A stretch of DNA of 64,000 nucleotides from Camelus dromedarius (taxonomy: Eukaryota), in assembly GCF_036321535.1 (NCBI RefSeq), contig NC_087436.1:117368001-117432000 (forward strand), written 5' to 3'. Each line of letters opens with the position of its first letter. Position 1 is the first letter of the stretch. This document shows, piece after piece, positions 25,915 through 38,900 of this stretch. Made by a program: the position numbers and the translations under genes. The notes under the pieces were generated by a model, which was given only the letters and a program-made list of their open reading frames with translations, did no database searches and had not been told where the DNA came from.

Positions 25915-26790
25915 TGTATGGACTGGATGTGTCCCCTCAAAACTTACATGCTGAAGACCCACCCCCAGTGTGACTGTGTCGGGTAGTTAGATAAGCGGGG
26001 CACGGGCAGCTAAGGTGCGGGAGGGGGAGCGTGGTCCGGAAGATGGCGGTTTGCCTGCTGCGGCATAAAGGGGCTTTACCTCCTCCAAATGAGCGCCAGC
26101 AAGCAACCGATTAGAACCCGAGGGCTGCAACTGCACAGCAGTGACAGGGACCTAACTGGACGGGACCCAGTGCCCTTTGTAATGTAATTAGCATGGCGGT
26201 TTAGGCTCCCCCATGGGCTTTCCTATGTGCATCATGGGTCAGAACATGCACAAAACGGGACGAGCATGACCAAGCACTCCAGGGGCAAGAGCTGTCAATC
26301 AATCAAGAGACCACCTCTAAGCAAGGGTATAAGAGAAGGGGGCAAACAAAGACCACTGCCACCTGCCCCTGGATCAGCCCGCCTCCTGTTCTTGGAGGGG
26401 TACTTGCCCTTTGCTAATAAACCCTTTAAAGTCTTTCGCTACACAATGCTCCCATCTCCCACCTGAATTCTTGTCTTTCCAGTAAGACAAGAACTGGGAT
26501 CTTTTTCCTACCCCCCTTTGGGGTAACAACTGTACTTAGAGACATTTAGGGTATAAATGGGTATAAAGGTTAAATGAGGTCATAAGGGTGGGGCCCTGAT
26601 CCAGTAGGACTGGCGTTCTTCTAAGAGGAGGAAGAGACACCAGAGAGCTCTCTCACTCTGCCCAGAGACAGCCTCACCAGAAACCAACCTGCTGGCACTT
26701 TGACCTGGAACTTGGAGCCTCTGGAACTGTGAGAAGATAAGTTTTTGTTGTTAAGTCCCCCAGCGTGCGGCCCGAGCTGACTAACACAAC
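25915..26790 (+). mobile_element. MLT1 (ERVL-MaLR) LTR interrupted by the solo LTR
   Basis: MLT1-like start tgtatggactggatgtgtcccctcaaaa; aaatgaggtcataagggtggggccct; ggaacttggagcctctggaactgtgagaa. Confidence 0.8.
25977..26528 (+). mobile_element. Young ERV1-type solo LTR (552 bp) nested in an MLT1 element, OTOP1 intron 3
   Basis: TGT...ACA termini; 4-bp TSD ACTG (25973-25976 and 26529-26532); TATA-like GTATAAG near 26328; AATAAA 26416-26421; CpGs retained; the host MLT1 rejoins across it. Confidence 0.88.
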
Positions 26791-27019
26791 AAGGTACCGG
26801 TTCCATAAACCACAGCAATGGCAAAATGTGCAACTAGCAAAGATCACGGTGTAGAAAAAGACCAACGAGGGAGATGTTAACAACAAAAGGAAAAGGGAAA
26901 ACAGAGCAAGAAGAGCAGGACCACAACTGTAAAAAGGAAAAAGAAAAAATATATCTCTAGTCACAAAAAAAGACTGGAAAGAAACAGACCACAATGTAAC
27001 TAGTTACTGCTGGGTGGCA

Positions 27020-27386
27020 GCTGTCTCAGCTCTGGCTGCTAGAATAAAACAACAGGTGTTTATTTCTCACAGTTCCAGAGGCTCAAAGTCCGAGATCCAG
27101 GTGCACGCAGAGTTGATTTCTGGTGATGCTTCTCTTCGTGGCTGGCAGGCGGCTGCCTGTCACTGTGTCCTCACATGGCCTTTCCTCTGGGTGCTCTCGG
27201 AGAGAGAGAGAGCTCTCGTGTCTCTTCCTCTTCTAATCTAAGGGCACTAATGCTATTGTAGGGGCTGCACCCTCATGACCTCATGACCTATCACTTCCCA
27301 AAGGCACCATCTAATACCATCACATTGGAGGTTAGGGCTTCAACATACGCATTTAGGGGCAGACACAAACATTCAGTCCATAACAA
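27020..27386 (-). mobile_element. MLT1 LTR
   Basis: tttatttctcacagttccagaggctc...ccatcacattggaggttagggcttcaacata...aaacattcagtccataaca. Confidence 0.8.
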
Positions 27387-28834
27387 TGGCATTATGGTGA
27401 TTTTTAAATTCTATTATATCCTTACAAGTTTTATCAGGGGAAAAAAGTACATTTTTTAAAGAATGTCTCTGGAGTAGATGAAGCAAAGCCCACGTCCCAG
27501 AACAAAATCAGTAAGTTCTCTCCAAGCTGCGAGAAGAGCCCAGCCTCACTGATGGAAGGAGGGGGAAGCAACACACACATACTCCTCGCTGCCCAGCACA
27601 TGAAATGGGAGAAACTGGATGGAAATTCCGGGCTGGCCACTTGTACTCTGGAGACCCAGGTAAGTTCCCTAACCTGCTGGAACCCACTGCCACACCATTT
27701 AACGCAGAGAAGCATAGTTACCATAGTCACCCTGACAGAGCCCAGATTAAATGTGAGGATGGATGTGGAAGTCTTTGTCCTGCTCTAAGGGACAAGTTAA
27801 GCTGCCTTTGCTATATCCTTGGGGCCTGGACTTCATTTGTCCCTGACTTGTCCATTAGACCCCATTTGTCCATTTCTCTCCCCTAGGGGCAGAAGAATTG
27901 GCGCCCACATCCTGCCCCTCCTCTGCCAGGAGGCGTGGCTTCTCAAGTTAAGACTGGGGTTGAAGCCCAGGGCAAAGGCTTGGGCCGCACAGGCGAGACC
28001 GCAGGCTGCACACTCCCAGGATGATGCTCGGGGTACCTCAGCCCATTACCACTGCACATCACCAGGCAGCAGGCTCTGCACACAGCAAGAGCTCAAGAGA
28101 TGCTTCACTTCTCGTTGAAGCTGATCCTTTTTGCATAATAAGTTTGGTGAAAGTTATTTCTAGTTCAATAATCTATTAAAATAGTTCCAGCTGGTGGTTG
28201 TATACAATCTTTTAAATATTAGTTTTCATTTCAGATGGTCCTGGGGGAGTTTTCTGTTCCTCATTGACCGTTTCTACCATGAGGCATCTTTCTATAAAGC
28301 CAGTACTGATGACTTGCTTCCTCTGTATGTGAGCACACAGAGCTTCTTACACAATAACAATCCTTGCATTTAGGTAACTCACTCCATTATCCTGCAGGTT
28401 CTCTTCCTTGATCCTCACAATCATCGAGAGAGAGGTTGGACAGAGGTAATAACAGACCCCACACTTACTTCGTCCTTGTTCCATGCCAGGCACAAGCTTC
28501 ACACCAATGAGTTCCTTCATTCCTTCAACCAATGAGGTTGACAATGCTATTATCCCCATTTTGCAGAGGAGGAAAACCGAGGCTTATAAAGGGGGAGATA
28601 TCTAAGAGAGCAGAGTTGACATTCAACCCACATCACTCTACTTCCAGGGCTGTCCTGGAAGAGACGGAAGGCAGAGGGTCCCCTCCCCCGGCCACGACTA
28701 AAGGTTTTGCTTGTCAGGATGGAGAGGAGAGTTGGTCCCATATTTAAAACCCAAGCAAGGTGGCAGTGATGAGTTCTGTTCATTCTAAATGAACACAAAA
28801 TTCAACACAGAAAGCAATTACCCACAAGTTTTAC

Positions 28835-28893
28835 CTTTCCAGTGTTTTGAAAGATTGGATGATATCCTTTGCATGCCCCCAGAGAAAATACAC
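28835..28893 (-). CDS. OTOP1: OTOP1 coding exon 3 (VYFLWGHAKDIIQSFKTLER)
   Basis: Acceptor catctag|GTG, donor AAG|gtaaaa, 59 nt; translated by hand because it is not in the ORF track. Confidence 0.96.
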
Positions 28894-30051
28894 CTAGATG
28901 AAAATAAAGAAAGAAAAGAACGATGCATCAGGAGGAAAACCATCACTGTACTTACACACTTGGGATGCTACAAGACTTAAGGGAAGGGTGTAGGACACAT
29001 CGGGAACGTCAGTGACCTCCAGCCCCAGAAACAGCAGGTCACTATCCTCAGCTCAGCTGGCAGTGCCGTTCCCGGGGGAGACAGCGCTCCAGGGACACTG
29101 CTGTGAGAATCAGACGGAGGCCTCCTGTGTCGGAGGAAGTGGTGCTGTGATCGATGCAGGTGTCTGCCATGGGCAGGGTTTGGGGAGGGGCAGCCCACCT
29201 GTCACAACCCCTGTTCACCTGTTCATATCACCCATGTTGGGCTTCATTCGAGAAAGATCCACTAAACAGGTACTATGCCAGTGGCCAGAAACCAAATTTC
29301 AAGTGCTTTAAATGAAGAACAGAACTGATTCATGATGGGTTTTATTTTTAATTGAAGCAATTTACAATGTTGTGTTAGTTTCTGGTATATAACATAGTGA
29401 TTCAGTTATACATATATATTCTTTTGCGTATTCTTTCTCATTATAGGTTATTACAAGCTATTGAATGTAGTTTCCTGTGCTACACAGTCTCTTATTTCAC
29501 AGTCCCCCAGCCACAGGGTCACCAGAAGCAACTCACGATGGGGGCTGAACACAACGGGGGCGGTATCGGACCTGTGTGCAAATCCTAGCTCCCTTCATCC
29601 TGGGTAAGTCTGTTTTCCCACCTGTGAAATGGGGATGATATGGAAGCTACCTTGGAGGGTGTTGTGAAAAGTGAAATATGATAAATCGTGTCAACTACTT
29701 GGAACAGCGCGTGGAGTGGGAACATTTTCAGTAAATCTCTCACCTGTCAGTTTACTCATTTGCGGACATCGGATGAGCACCCCTGATGCCCTAGGCACCA
29801 TCTGAGCTCCTAAAGCATTTGGGGCCTTAGTTAGACACAAAAATGTGTTGAGCACCTACTATGTGCCAAACAGAGCTGAGCACTTTGTACAGTTGCCTTC
29901 ATTCTGCAATTAAGTGCTATACAAAGAAAATCAGACAACACTCCACAAAAAGCACTTACACATCCCCTCTCCTCCACATTGTTTTACCTTAGATCTACTC
30001 TCCTGCCCTGAAAGACACTTTCAGGGCATGATTCTTGAAACATCTGGCAAT

Positions 30052-30900
30052 TTTTTTAAACTTTTTTTAAAAAATTAAAGTATAGCTGATTTACAATATT
30101 GTGTTAGTTTCAGGTGTACTGCAAAGTGACTTGGTTATTTGTTTCCAGATTATTTTCCATTATAGGTTATTACATGATATTGAACATAGTTCCCTGTCCT
30201 CTACAGTAAATCCCTGTTGTTAACCTATTTTATGTATGGTGGTTTGTATCTGTTAATCCCATATTCCTAATTTATCCCTCCCCCACCTGCCTTGCATCAT
30301 GGTAACCATAAGTTTGTTTTCTATGTCTGTGAGTCTGTTTCTGTTTTATATACAATTCATTTGTATCATTCTTTTTAGATTCCACATATAAGTGATACCA
30401 TATGTCTTTCTCTTTCTTAATTCACTTGGTATGATAATCTCAAGGTCCATGCATGTTGCCACAAATGGCAGTATTTCATTCTTTTTTATGGCTGAGTAAT
30501 ATTTCATTATATATACATATCTCACCTCTTCTTTATCCATTCATCTATTGATGAACACTTGGGTTGCTTCCACATCTTGGCTCTTATAACTAGTACTCTA
30601 TGAACATTTGGGGTGCATATATCTTTTGAAGTTAGAGTTTTCACCTTTTCTGGATATATGCCCAGGAATGGACTTGTTGGATCATATGGTAGCCTTATTT
30701 TTAGTTTTTTAAGGAAATTTCGTACTGTTTTCCATAACGGCTGCACCAGTTTACATTCCCACTAATAATATAGGAGGGTTCCCTTCGCTCCACACCCTCT
30801 CCAGCATTTATTGTTTGTAGACGTTTTGATGATGGTCATTCTGATCAATGCAAGGTGATACCTCATTGTGATTTTCATTGGCATTTCTCTAATAATTAGG
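30052..30900 (-). mobile_element. L1 3' fragment in OTOP1 intron 2
   Basis: ORFs 30522..30746 and 30346..30540 are L1 ORF2 C-terminal peptides; T-rich tail at the left end. Confidence 0.9.
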
Positions 30901-31261
30901 AAGAAACATCCAACAATTTACAAAACAGGTAGCAGTGACTTCTGATAAAGATGACATTTAGCCTACCAATATGGAAACAGAGGAGCAAATTAGTATTTAT
31001 CCATGAATTCTAAGTTAGATGGCTACTTAACTAACACTTTTATAAGGACTACATAGCAACACAAAAAAAGTTTATTATTTTTAAAGTGTAAAACTCTAAA
31101 CAGAAAATTCTGCACCTTGCATGTAAAATATTGACAAGAATGTACACTTGAGTACAAAGAATGAAAGGAACACATAAAAACAACAAATATTTCAGTTGAT
31201 GGACTTACAGATGAATTCTTAGTCTCTTTTTCACTTTTTTCAGTAAAGATATACTATATTT

Positions 31262-31830
31262 TTAAATTACCATATAATCCAGCAATCTCACTTCTGGGTA
31301 TATAGCCAAAAGAATTGAAAGCAGGGTCTCAAAAAGGTATTTGTACCCCCATGTTCATGACAACGCTATTCACAATGGCCAAAAGATGGAAGCAACCCGC
31401 ATATTCATCAATGGATGAATAAACAAAATATGGTCCATCAATACAATGGAAGAGTATTCAGCCTTAAAAAAGGAAGGAAATTCTGACACCTGTTACAATG
31501 TGAATGAACCCTGAGGACATGATGTTGAGTGAAACAGGCCCATCACAGAAGGACGAATCCTGTATGATTCCACTTGTCTGATTCAGGGACAGAAAGTAGT
31601 CAAATTCACAGAGACAGAAAGTTGAATGATGGTTGCCAGGAGCTGGCGGTGGTAGGAATCAGGAGTTAGTGTTGAATGGGCACAGAATTTGATTTTTTGC
31701 AAAATGAAAGTGTTCCAGAAGCTGGTTACACGACAATGTAACTATACTTAGCTCTACTGAAATGTACACTTAAAAATGGCTAAGATGGCAAATGTTATGT
31801 GTATTTTACCACAATCTAAAAATAAATCTA
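31262..31830 (+). mobile_element. Older L1 (L1MB-like) 3' fragment
   Basis: ccatataatccagcaatctcacttctgggtatatagccaaaagaattgaaagcagggtc...cacttaaaaatggctaagatgg. Confidence 0.85.
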
Positions 31831-33691
31831 TTTCTAAAATAATATTTTTCACTTTCCCATCATTGAATGTAGCAAATGCATGTAGGGCGTGTCCAATAGG
31901 TATAGAAAGATGGATTGATTGACTGACTGACTGATTGATACAATGCCTTAAATTAGGAAGAAAAGAGATCGCCAGCGCACCAAGCAACGGAGTGATATTC
32001 TGAAAACTCAAATCTGTTCAGGCCATTCTTCTGCCTGGAGCCTTCAGTGGCTCCCCATTGCCCTCAAGGTAAAGTTGAAGCTCCTAGGCGGCTGTCAGTC
32101 TAGACAAAGCACTCACTGCAAAATGCTTCAAACACATCAGCGCCTTCATCCTCACAACAACCCCACAGAGGAGGTGCTTTACAGATGAGACCCGATGAGG
32201 CCCAGAGAGGTTAAGTAATTTGCCCAAGGTCACACTGCTGGTATGAGCTGGAGCCAGGTCGTCTGACCAGAGTTCATGCTTATAAGCCCTACACTAAACC
32301 ATGGCTCCAGTCCATCCCAGCTTACAGCCCCCTACAGCTCACATGTCTTCTCATTTAGCCTTAATTCTCTCTGTCAAGACCCTGTCTCCAAACGCAGTCA
32401 CATTCTGAGGTCCTGGAGGTTAGCACTTCAACATATGAATGCGGGGGACCCCATTCAGCCTGTAACAACTCTCAGAATGCAAGGTGACCCCTTCAAACCA
32501 GTCTCCCTGGAAGCTGCTGCCCAGTTCCACCAGGGCTCCCACAGAGGCCAGATGACGCAAGCCTACCTGGCACAGCCCCCAAGGAGCTCCACTTGCGAGA
32601 ATGTGTTTGACCTCAAGAAGCACCCTAAAGTCACCAAGACCCGACAGGCAGTCACCTGTACAGAGGTACACAGAGTGGAGACCACTTTTTATAAAGGACA
32701 GAGGTTAAAAATGGCATCGTTGGTGTTTGGAGATGAGAAATAGGTCCTGAAGGACGTTCCCAAACTGAGAATCCAGAAATATTTTGAGCAATAGCAGTAC
32801 CACTGGACCAAGTCCATGGTCTTCCGGGGTGACTTGCATGGAGAGGAACTGTGTCTTGACTGTGACCTTGGGCAAGTCATTTGTCCTCTCTGACCTCCAA
32901 CTTCTTCCTTAGGATTGTGTGTGACAATCCAACAGCTGTTCCTGTGGAGTTGCTGGGAGCCTTACACGAAGTGATGAATGAAAAGCACTTTGCCTATTCT
33001 AAAGTCCTAGAGAAGTACTAAGTATTTCCTTTATTATTATCTCAACTCTGAGTGCCATCTCCAGGGATTTCTGGAAACTACACTGGAGGCCCATCTAAGA
33101 TTTTTTTTCAAACATGAGATTTTTCTGATTCTAAGCTATAGATTTAAATTATATATCAAATCCTCGCTTTTTAGCCAAACCATGTTGACCAATGCTGAGA
33201 AAGAACCTCTCATACATTTCTAAAGATTTTAATCCACAAGTAGGCAAACAAAAAGAAGTGTTTCAATGACTCAGAGGCATGACTGTAATGGCTCACAAAG
33301 TCTCTTAGGGGTGATGACAATGTTCTAAAATTGATCGTGGTGAGGATTGCACAACCCTATGAAATACTAACCCGCTGAATTGTACACTTTTAAATGAGTA
33401 AATTGTATGGCAGGTGAATTTTATCTCAATAAAACCGTTGATTAAATTCCCCCAAGCCTTTTCTGTTTGCCTCTGACTTGGCAGAATTTCCCGACTCTTC
33501 ATCAGTGTAAGTTCTGCTTCATAAGATTCCCCTTAAAATGGCCAAGAGGACACGCAGTCCCATTTTACAGCGGAGGAAGCTAAAAGGACTGAGCCTCGCC
33601 TCACACTGCCCCGCCAAGTATCCTGTTTTGCATACCCTGGGATACGCTTAACAGAAACCAAGGCAACATAAGCAAAGACCACGTGGTTTAC

Positions 33692-33828
33692 CTGCAACAG
33701 AGTGTGGACTGCATGTGTGACAGGGAAAACTCCTTCAGTGGCTGATAAACATTCAGAAAATCCAACGAAGTACCCAATTTTAAGGCATCCCAGGATGATG
33801 GTAATGGCTGCAAACAATGTGATGCTAC
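33692..33828 (-). CDS. OTOP1: OTOP1 coding exon 2 (GSITLFAAITIILGCLKIGYF...VHTLLQ)
   Basis: Acceptor tttag|GT, donor CAG|gtaaac, 137 nt; peptide visible in ORF 33533..33862. Confidence 0.97.
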
Positions 33829-33914
33829 CTAAATTAGGGGAACGGGTGTTAGAAACACACACATGTAAGTGTTACCATGCACTGATATCATTTCAAAATA
33901 AATTATATTAAATC

Positions 33915-35560
33915 CTCACACGTAGGGTCAAATGATTTTTGACCAGAGTGCCAAGACATTTCAATGGGGAAAGGATATTTGTTTCAACAACCAGTGCTGG
34001 GAAACTGGGTATCCATATGTAAAATAATGAAGCTAGAGGGTAGGGGCGGAGCTCAGCAGTAAAGTGCATGCTTAGCATGCACAAAGTCCTGGGTTCAAGC
34101 CTCAGTACCTCCATTAAAAAAAACAAAATGCAGGTGGGGGTACAGCTCAGCAGTAGAGCATATGTGAGGTCCTGGATACAATCCCCAGTAGCTCTATTTA
34201 AAAATTTTTTTTTTTAATTTTTTAATTGAAGTCCAATCAATTACAATGTGTCAATTCCTGTTGTACAGCACAATGTCCCAGTCATGCATATACATACATT
34301 TGTCTTAATATAAAAAAATTTTAATGAAATAAAATTTATTTTTTAAAAATGAAGCTGGACCCTTACTTTACAGTATATTCAAAAATTAACTCAAAAGGAG
34401 TCAAGGACTTCAATGTAAAACCTAAAACTATAAAACTCTTAGAAGAAAACATAAGGGGAAAGCTTTACAATGTTGGATTTGGCAATGATTTGTTGGATTT
34501 GACACCAAAAGCACAAGCCACAAACGTAAAAAATAGGTAAACTGGGCTACATCAAATGAAAAAAAAAATTGTGTATCAGAGAATAGTATTGACCCACACA
34601 ACAGGACAAAATATTTTCCAATCATATATCTAATAAGATGTTAATATCCAGAGTCTATAAAGAACTACAATTTAACCAAAAAAGTTTTTTGCAAAAAATG
34701 GGCAAAGGACTTGAATAGATATTTTTCCAGAGAACATATGGAAATGGATAATTAACACATGAAAAGATGCTCAACATCCCTAATTAGGGAAAGGAAAATC
34801 ACAGAGATGCTGCCTCACATGTGGTGGGATGGCCACTGCTCAAACAAGGGAAGGCGGGTGGTGGGGGGCAGGGAGGGAAGGAAGGAAGGAAGGAAGATAA
34901 CAAATGTTGCCCAGGATGTGGAGAAATTGGAAACCTTTACTCTTGATGGGAATGTAAAATGGTGTGGCCACTGTGGAAAACAGTATGGCAGTTTCTCAAA
35001 ATATTAAAATCAGTAACTCCCCATGGTCCAGCAATTCCATATCTGGGTTTATACACAAAAGGGGACACAAAGGGCTATCTGTGCACCCGCATTCATGGCA
35101 GCATTATTCACAACAGCCAAAAGGTGGAAGCAATCCTAGTGTCCATCGATGGACGAATGGATAAACAAAGGGTGGTATATCCATACAATGGACTATAATT
35201 CAGCTTTTAAAAACAAGACACGCGCTACAACGTGGATGAACTTGGAGGACATCATGCCAAGTGAAACAAGCCAGTCCCAAGAAGACAAAGGCTGTATGAT
35301 TCCACCAAATGAGATTCCTTAGAGTAGTTAAATTCATAGGGACAAAAAAGTAAAATGGTGGTTGCGGAGGGCTGGGGTGAGGGAGAAACGGGGAGGTATT
35401 TAATAATACAGACTTTGCATTTTACAAGATGGAAGAGTGCTGGAGACTAATTGTAATTAACTCACAATATGAATGCATTTAACCCTACTGAACAGTACAA
35501 GTAAATGACTATGTTGGAAAGCTGTCTGATCTGTATATTTTATCACAATTTAAAAATTTT
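33915..35560 (+). mobile_element. Older L1 (L1MB-like) ORF2/3' fragment in OTOP1 intron 1
   Basis: MKLDPYFT..SKINSK..KDFNVKPKTIKLLEENI, MKRCSTSL, LWKTVWQFLK peptides. Confidence 0.88.
34035..34347 (+). mobile_element. Two tandem tRNA-derived SINEs plus an antisense L1 3' tail, nested in an older L1
   Basis: gagctcagcagtaaagtgcatgcttagcatgcacaaagtcctgggttcaag and a second, internally deleted copy; block flanked by aatgaagct (34026-34034 and 34348-34356). Confidence 0.75.
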
Positions 35561-36639
35561 TAAATATGTACAAAACAAATTGTACTATTGGCTTGGTGAG
35601 CTGAATCTAGAAGGTAAAACCATGTCCTATTTTTCATTGTACCTACCCTGTGTATATCTCAGAGTCTGACAAGAGATATACATTCAACAAAGTTGCCAAA
35701 GCAGCAGAAGACCTCTAGAAGATTTCCACCCAAAATGATCAACCTAGGAGTGTCACTGCTCTGTTCAAAAATCTCGGTTCTCTTATCCTAAAATCCTGCT
35801 CTCTAAAGAATAAAAGTCAGGAGTATACAGGTGTCCAGGAACTTTCTGTCCTATCTTTGCATCTCTTCTGTAAAATAGAAAGTTCAGTTTTTTTTAACTA
35901 TAGGGCGGGGTCTATAGCAGCCATAGAAAGGGCAGTGCTAGGTGAAGTGAAGAAAAGGAACATTCTTTGACAGTATATCCAGCACGGTTGACAAAAAATA
36001 TGAAAACGTACTAAAAATAGGCATGTGAATAAGACTGGGAAGGAGTACACAAAATACATTAAAAAGAAACTTGTAACCAAATGAAGAAATCAGCCAGAAA
36101 AAAGCATCGATCACGGGGACTTGATCAACATCAAAGTCCCTAATTCCGCTCCTGGACCAACAGGCACCACCACACACACGCCCTCTCCCAGTAACGCGAG
36201 GAAACCGGCTCGTGTGTGGGATGCGTCACGGCCCCAGAGAAGGCCCTGAGCCTGACGGGGAGCTATAAACTTACAGCCCCCACCTAAGAAGCCTGCAGTG
36301 AGTAATGCAATCGCCTGGCTCCTTTCCATTGCTCAAAGTCTTATAGAAACAACTCTAAGTCACTTTTTTTTTACATCCTGGAAAACCCCCAGTGAAATAA
36401 GAATGCTTATAAGAGTGGACATTCAATCCCCATGCTTTGAAATGGTTTGACAAATGCGTGGTTCATTTTGATGACAAAGAGAAGTAACCAGATGCGTTGA
36501 GGCAGCCTGGTGGGGTTGGCAAGACCACAGCTGTAACTATAAGAACCTGGCTGTGCCACTGATGGAAGGTGTGAGTTCAGGCAGGTCACTCCCCTGCTCC
36601 AAGCCTCAGTTTTCTCATCTATAAAATGGGATGGGTCTC

Positions 36640-36835
36640 CAGCAGTGGTTCTCAAACTTGAGCCTGCGTCAGAATCACCAGGAGGGCTTGTTAAAACCTA
36701 GAGAGCTGGGCCCCACCCACCGAGTTTCTAATTCAGTAGGTCTGGGGTGGGGCCCCCAAATTTGCACCTCTGACAAGTTCCCAGGTCGGGGTGAGGCTGT
36801 GGGTCTGGGACCCCCGCCTTGAGAAGAACAGCATC
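36640..36835. mobile_element. MER5A DNA transposon
   Basis: cagtggttctcaaacttgagc...agaatcaccaggagggcttgttaaa...aattcagtaggtctggggtgggg. Confidence 0.8.
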
Positions 36836-37723
36836 TCTAGGAGCATCTCTCTCATTCACATTTCAAGAGTTGTGATGAATACATCATATGTCTTCTCACA
36901 CTCTTGGAATCCTTCCATCCTTCCTTCATCCATCCTCCCATCCATTTATTTATACAGCAAATATTTGGGGAATCCTACTATCCATGAGGCATTTTGCCAG
37001 GGGCTCAAAGGTATACAAATAAGATTGCTGGAGAGACAAAAATACTCACGTATAACATTGCATAAATTGGGGTGTGCACAAAATACAGAGGCATGAGCTA
37101 GTACCAGACTTCTCATCTGCATCATGGGGAATCTGGAAGCCAGTGGAAAAGAAGCTAAGATGAACCACAAGAAAAGGGCTGCATCTCAATAACCCTGTTC
37201 CCAGCCAAGATGTCACCCAGTTGTCAAGGCAAAAGTCAGAAAGATGGTTAAGGAGACGCCAAATATCATTGACAGTTATTTGTTGAGCTCCAGCTACGGT
37301 CCAGGCACTTGGGATAGAAAATTGTCAATAAAATAAAGTATCTGCCCTTGGTGAGTTTAACATTCTAGTGGGGAAGTCAGAAAAATAAGCAAATAAATAA
37401 TAAACATAGAAGAAACACCAGGAAGTGCCGAGTGCCTGGATAAGAGTAAAGCTGGGAGGACTGAGGGTGAGGGTGGGTGGTCAGAAAAGAATTTTCTGAG
37501 AAGGTGACAGAGAAAAAAGAAATGGAGGGAAAATGTCACCCACATAACTCGCCTGACAAAGGGCTTTAACCAAACCGCCAGTGAACTAGGAGAGAGTCCT
37601 CAAAGTAAGAGATGAAGAGGAGGGGGAACAAGAGTGAGCAATAAACTTTGCAATAGATTGAAGATGTAGATGAATGTGTAATGGAAGGAAGAAGAAAAAG
37701 GAGGAAGAGAGGGAGGGTGTAAA

Positions 37724-37875
37724 ATGGGTGGATGGTGGATGGATGGATGATGGATGGATAGAGGACGGATGGGTGGATGGATGGATGGATGGAGGATGGA
37801 TGGATGGATGGATGGATGATGGATGGATGGATGGAGGAAAGATGAATGGAGGATGGATGGGAGGATGGGTGAATG
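37724..37875 (+). repeat. Imperfect (GGAT)n microsatellite
   Basis: Directly visible. Confidence 0.92.
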
Positions 37876-38379
37876 AGTCTGGTAGACAGATGAACAAATT
37901 AATAGAAAAGAAAACAGATAAGAGAAGTTAAATCCAAATGGAAGATAACTTGTCTGGAAATGTCTAATTTACACACTCTGTAACGATTTGTGACATAGAA
38001 TAAAGTTGAGGATGGACTGAATGAGGAGCAGAGATGAAAAACCTTTCAAAGTTCTCAAGGCAGAGATGGGTACCAGGGGGAAAAGGGAAACAAATGTATT
38101 CTAAAAGTCTTATCTCACTGGAATAGAAAGGAAATGGGAGTGTCTTGGAGCAAGCAATGTGTCTTGCCAGGGGAGATATGGAGTATTTGGGCTTCCAGAT
38201 AAGAATGAAGTAATGTGCATCTGATTATGAGAATGAGGAAAAGGAAGCTAGCCATCAACGGAATAGAAACACACAATAAAATGTTCAAGGGCTCCAAAAA
38301 CAAGCATGTGGAAAAGAAAAATGTGGGAACAGTATATAAAATAAATCATTACAATCACTTAAAAATGGAAACAATAAAG

Positions 38380-38900
38380 TCCACTACACAAATTGTTACA
38401 GTAAATTAGAATGATCTAAATCCCTCATTAATTAATAAACAAGGATGAGAATATTGAATTAAAAATAAAACCTAGCTATATGTTCTTCATATGAATCACA
38501 CTTTTAACTAAGTGATAACAGAGGGAAATAGAGTGCTGGACTAAGAGGAAGTAGGCGACACAAACAAAAAGACGGGAGAAACAGGACCATTAATATCAGA
38601 CCACGTGGGACTTAGGGTTCAATGTAAAAAATAGGACAAGGAAGTCCCCCACCTTTATTATTACACAGGAAAAAAATAAATAAATAACCATGACATATGA
38701 GGAAGATACAATAGCCACACGTGTGCCCAAGTAGATTAGTTTTTGCTTTGTATATCTAACTGCTACTTAAAACAAAAAAAGAGTGGAAGATTTCAGAACT
38801 AAACAGATCTAGTAGACATAAGACAGGACACTCAATCAATAAGCCTGGTTTTATAATATCACCTTGCATACTGACAAAAATCTCTTATATAAAAAGACTG
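38380..38900 (+). mobile_element. Very old L1 ORF2 5' (endonuclease-region) remnant
   Basis: A-rich degenerate sequence resembling the L1 ORF2 start (gtaaattagaatgatctaaatccctcatt, cctagctatatgttc, attaatatcagac). Confidence 0.45.

Noticed and set aside
37586..37931. HPSI / WMDG repeat ORFs
   Set aside because: Translations of the (GGAT)n microsatellite.
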